The position numbers were made by a program, and so were the translations under genes. This document shows positions 59,201 to 64,000 of a stretch of 64,000 nucleotides of DNA, in pieces. Origin of the DNA: Asterias rubens (Eukaryota); NCBI RefSeq assembly GCF_902459465.1, contig NC_047071.1:868001-932000 (forward strand), read 5' to 3'. The notes beneath the pieces are model-generated. The model made no database searches and had not been told where the DNA came from. It saw nothing but the letters and a program-made list of their open reading frames with translations. How positions within the stretch are numbered: the first letter of the stretch is position 1; each line of letters starts with the position of its first letter.

Positions 59201-62200
59201 CTACCTCAGCTGCTGCATAAAGGAAGTTGCTTAGAACTAACTTGATAACAATTTTAACGCATGTTCCATCTTCACAGCCCCTTGATCTAGAACCTAGGAG
59301 CAGTCAAAAGTTTACAACAGCTTTTTGGTTAACTGTTTAATGTTTTTTTCCCTACTGTTTCTGTATCTCTTCACAATAGACGCATGTATTTGGTTCGACC
59401 CAGTGTTGATAACATCAGGAATATATCAAGTAAGTTCTAACCTTCTTAATTCATCCAAACAAGCTTGTTGTAGTTCAAACTGGGCGTTTTAAAAGCTGTA
59501 AGCACTTGCTTTGATTTGTTTTTTAAAGTTTGGTAAATTCATTTATCGCAATTTCAGTGGTTGCTTTCCCTGCCAATCACCTCTGTGGACCCTGGTCTGA
59601 ATTCAACCTTAGAACAGAGCCTTGCATGTGGATTAGATTTTCAGTCCAATCCTGATTCCATGGTCTTTCCCCATTGGGGTTGTCCCTCTCACATCTAAAA
59701 CTGAACATTTTTTTCTTGTGTTATATTCATCTTGTTACAGGTGCTACGTTCGATGTTTGTAATAAATAAAAAGTAGAAACAAAAATATATTGAAGATTTT
59801 TGTTTAACTTTCTCCTGAAGCCTGGCCAAATCGCACTGACCCGGTTGGGGCACCACTACCGGGTCATTATATAGAACCGCTTGGCTTCAGAGATTTTTAT
59901 TTCAGCACGTTATTTTGTGTCTCCAACGTGCATCATTACAAACCTCTTAGTACTGAAAAGTAATTGTGTGTTTTGCACACACATGTTACTGCCTGTGACA
60001 ACTGGAAAAAAAAGTTCAGATAAACAGTTCACTATTGCATTGTATTGTACATTAAAACACTAGAGAAAAATCATGACAATCAGCACAAACATCAATTCAT
60101 AACAGTTTGATATCTTGCAAATTAAAAGTTTGTATTTTGTTAGATCATGAACATGTGCGATAAAGCTTTACTGGGCTGATAAAAATAAAATTACATTTTT
60201 ATTTTTAGATCAAATAAAAAGTGACAAGGAGAACTTCAGAAAAAAGAAGTACAAGATTTTGTTTGTGCCTAGAAAGGTAAGTCAATTAATCAAATGTCTT
60301 AAAAATGTTATAGCCCTATGCTGCGTACACCAATCCTTGTCATTTGCTGGGTGGAGCACACATCATTATATATTGGAGTCCAATATGGATAATTATAGGA
60401 TGCATGTGCAGTTTGTAGTGTCATTTCCAAAATAATCATCCCCACTTGTTTCACCCATTGAGGCAAGGTCATGTTACGGACAGTAGACTGGGCTGATGTC
60501 TACATGGAGTAATCCATTGTTCTATGGCTTTTCTGCAAAGATTGAATTAACTTGCGGGAGTTCAAGTGTTTTTGTTGGATTTATATAAGAACATTTCTCC
60601 CACCTTCTTTTTCTTCACTTCATCTTTCAGTTATATGTTTGTGAAATGTTACTTGAACAAGAAGGAGTATATGGAGGTAAGTATTAATTGCATGGATTTT
60701 TGTTGAAGGTTTATGAAATATCAATATATTAGTAGATCTTTGATTTGTCATAATAAATATCCTTGATTTATCACAATATATTATTTTGATTTGTTGATTT
60801 ATTTATGTTGTCTTAAAGTAGCCCCATCAGTTGTCAAAGAACTGTTCTCACTGGTGCCCTGTATACATACATTTGTACAGTAAAATACGTAAGAATTCAA
60901 AACAAAAGCAGCTAAAAATTACGTCTAAAAACACATAGAGTTCTACGATGTACATGTACATACTGAGGCATAGGAGTAGAACAGAAAGCAACCACATGTA
61001 ATCTATGTAAGTCATGAATGTGTTGTTGTCTTTTGCAGATGTTGAAATGGAAGACTTCCGGCTAGACCTCATTGCTTTAGATAGAGACATCTTGTCGTTG
61101 GAGCTTCCAAGTTTTTTCAGAGACTATTTTCTGGTAAGGACAGACATGGATATAACCTGTGAAATGTTGTACAAGTAGGAATTGTCAGTTGTTAGAGCAC
61201 CGGCATGTAAATCCGGAGGTTCAAGTCTCTCTCTAGTCAAGCTTTCTTTGTTCAACCAGCAGAGTGTGGGTTCGAATCCCGGTCGTGACACTTGTGTCCC
61301 TGAGCAAGACACTTCACTATAATTGCTTCTCTCCAGCTAGGGGTAAATGGGTACCTGTGAGAGCAGACTTGGTTCTTGTGATTGATTCGCCTTGATTGCG
61401 CTACATATTTGGCGGCACAGGCTGTATACTCCACAGGGAGCTGAGATGGTTTAAGGAATGATTTAAGGCCCAGCGACCAGGGGTAATCATGTTGAAGCGC
61501 CATGAGCGTCACTGCAGGACGCTATATAAGAACCCACTATTATTATTATTATTATTTTTATTATTATTATTATGAATAATTTTTACTCTAAATAGCCAGT
61601 TTCTCTTGCGGTTTATTACTTGATATAATAATACTAATGTGACTTTGATATCTTGCAGCATGGTGAGCAGTCTTTGCTACATACCATAGCCACCTCCATT
61701 GTCAACCTGCAGTCTCTTTTTGGTACCATACCTCATGTGTATGGTCTAGGCCGATGTGCTAAGGTAAAAAAGCTACACTAACTTTATAATAATATATTAT
61801 ATGAATTGCCTGTGGAATTTTTTTCAGGGAACTCGGGGAAAGTAATACAGTTCTTAATTTTATTTGACATTTGAAAGGATAAATAGGACATTCGATATTA
61901 CTTATCTGCTGATTATGCTCTACTATAAAATGAAATCGTCAAGGTAATACAATCGTAAAATTGACATTTAAACACAGCTTTCTTTTGTGTGAGAATGTGG
62001 GCGCTAGCATTTGTTTATGTTCGAAACATTTGGGTAATGAGAAGGTTCATTATGTTATTTGAAAGCTCTTATTAGCAAACTACTCCATGAGCAAATAAAG
62101 CCCAGTTTGAAGGGATTGTGTAATAACAACCTGATTTCATTTTACCATCGTTGGAAAGATCCAATCTTTCTATTTCTTATGATGGTAAGTTTTGGTATGG

Positions 62201-63845
62201 AGGGGTGAACATGGACAATACTACATATTTAAGTACTTTGGTCTTAAACTTGTCTTTTAAATTGCATTGGCTGTTCTTATTCCAGATGGTATGGGATCTT
62301 GTAAAAACACTACAGTCACTACAGGGAGAGCCCCGTGCACCCATCCGGAATGAGATCGGCCATATATTCCTGATTGATCGTGAAGCTGACCTGGTGACCC
62401 CGCTGTGCACACAGACAACGTATGAGGGACTACTGGATGAAACATTCGGCATCAAAAGTGGTTGGTACTCTGTTTTTGTAACAGCAGTAACAATATTCAA
62501 ATGAAAAGTTGCATCCCCTTAAGGGTACTGTACACAGTTGGTAATTGTCAAAGACCAGTTTTCTCACTGTGTGTATCCCATCATAAGCATAAAATAACAA
62601 GCCTGTGAAAATTTGGGCTCAATCGGTCATCGAAGTTGCGAGAAAATGATGAAAGAAAAAAAAAACCTTGTTGGACGAACTTGTGTGCTTTCAGATATGA
62701 GTAAAAGACTTTTAGCTAGAAGTCTTTTATTATTTTAGTGAGAGATTACCTCTTTCTCAAAAACTATGTTACTTCAGAGGGAGTCGTTTCCCACAATGTT
62801 TTATACTATCAACAGCTCTCCAATGCTCGTTACCAAGTCAGTTTTTAAGTTAATACTTGTTTTGAGTAATTACCAAACGTGTACCTTCCCTTTAAAAGCT
62901 TCAATCATTGATTATTACAATTTTCTTTATTACAATTTTTTGTCCAAGTGACAAAACCACTCCTCAGTGTGAGTTTTGGAAATTCAAGTTTCCTTGGTCA
63001 TGTTGGTGTCTGTTTGTGAATGCTCTGACCAGAGATGCAGTCAATACCCACTCTCACATCGCAAAATGGAAAGGATTAGATGTTCTTTATGACAAAAAAG
63101 ACTGACTGTTGTGGGCTAGCTCGCTCAGCTAGTATGCGCCGTCATGTGAATCCATAGGTTGTAGGTTCAAGTCTTGCTCTTGTCAATTTGCCATTGATTG
63201 TTGCTTATCCCAACTCCTTGTACACTCCATCAACAGGTTATTGTGAGTTTGGACCAGAGGTTACTGGCTCGGAAAGGAGCTTGCGACTTCTACTGAACTG
63301 TGATGATCAGGTAAAGCAGTATTCATGTTACTTGTCCAATTCAAAGGGTGGTTGTCAGCCAATGTGACATTTACTCTCAACCCTGTAATGATGCCACTAC
63401 TTTAGTAGTCTTTTTGTAGTCGACAATGACTGCAATTTAATTAGTTACTTCTATTTGAGTAAATGGCAGAGTTTACCTAGTGCAATGTGACCACTGAATC
63501 TCTCACACTGGATTAATATGCGTTGATATTGTTCAGGTTGTTTTCCTGTGTTTTGATACAAATATCCAAGATTGCTTCTGAAAGGTCCTTGTTGGGGTTA
63601 CATGTACTATGGAATTCTGCACTTACAGTGCCTTGTAAAGCACATGATTCTGCATGTTTGAATACACACAATGGTAGCACTATTTAAATGAACATGATAT
63701 TATGCAGGTTTTTGATCAGTCAACATGATTTCATATAAAATCTTTACTTTGATTGCAGATTTTTGATGATATTCGTGGCCGTCATATCTCCCATGTATTT
63801 GCATATCTCAGTGCACAGGCCAAGATGGTACAATCTGGCTACCAG
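56235..63845 (+). CDS. VPS33B: Vacuolar protein sorting 33B (Sec1/Munc18 family), 3'-partial. Exons: 56235-56315, 57894-57974, 58727-58788, 59380-59429, 60209-60276, 60631-60676, 61039-61133, 61659-61763, 62286-62460, 63237-63310, 63759-63845
   Basis: Eleven AG/GT exons join in frame: MATTIKSPDFSVLKQLSKEHLVHLLES / IPEMKDLVIDPELMRPLDRIAG / HGVDKIFKLE / YLVRPSV / KYKILFVPRK / LYVCEMLLEQEGVYG / LSLELPSFFRDYFL / YGLGRCAK / EIGHIFLIDREADLVTPLCTQTTYEGLLDETFGIKSG / EFGPEVTGS / IFDDIRGRH. FFRDYFL, GRCAK and GPEVT favour VPS33B over VPS33A. The gene continues past the window end. Confidence 0.9.
57504..57728. repeat. Tandem repeat, 75 bp x 3, in VPS33B intron 1
   Basis: Units start at 57504, 57579 and 57654 and are nearly identical (ATCAGTGAAGCTT...AAATGTGGGACT). 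Confidence 0.95.
58311..58483. mobile_element. Harbinger-like MITE; related degraded copies at 4866-5468
   Basis: Inverted ends ...TTTCACCAATC...TAGGATTAATCTTAAG and TAGGATTAATCTTAGCGATTCGTGAAATCGAC. The TTTCAC/AAGATTAATCCTAA motif is shared with the 4866 element. Confidence 0.55.
61255..61575 (+). mobile_element. tRNA-derived SINE, subfamily A. Degraded copies at ~5540-5810 and ~58826-59040
   Basis: Close match to the 18525 copy, with a (TAT)n tail. Confidence 0.75.
62523..62891. mobile_element. Same TTAA MITE family, opposite orientation
   Basis: Flanked by TTAA; internal sequence is the reverse complement of the 14955 copy. Confidence 0.75.
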
Positions 63846-64000
63846 GTAAGGCAGTTCACTGTCAACCAAAAATTGTTATACTCTGAATTTGTTATAATTT
63901 TGTTGTCACTTAAATTAAGGGATCGTTCATACAGTAATAATCATTTTCACAAGCGTACATTCCATCATTTTTCAATACCTCCTCCCTCTCCCTAAAAGTG

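Overview
AT-rich animal genomic DNA with spliceosomal introns. By inference it is an echinoderm, probably a sea star (late-H1-like histone; dense tRNA-derived SINEs and TTAA MITEs). Six protein-coding loci were rebuilt by hand from splice sites and frame continuity. (1) The last three coding exons of PPCDC (+; upstream exons not found in the window). (2) Single-exon FEM1B (-). (3) Complete 16-exon zinc transporter SLC30A5/ZnT5 (-; 763 aa predicted) with a clear U12-type minor intron. (4) A solitary histone H1 gene (+) with an intact globular domain but an interrupted, frameshifted tail. (5) A 4-exon Rv2258c-like winged-helix/SAM methyltransferase (+). (6) The first 11 coding exons of VPS33B (+; runs off the window). 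Introns and intergenic DNA hold many SINEs, Kolobok-like and other MITEs, LINE remnants and local tandem duplications. The most unusual items are an exact 82-bp triplication joined by telomeric (TAACCC)n tracts, the interrupted H1, the minor intron and a ~126-nt hairpin in VPS33B intron 1. No convincing novel multi-gene system was seen. Homology calls come from recalled sequences, not database searches.
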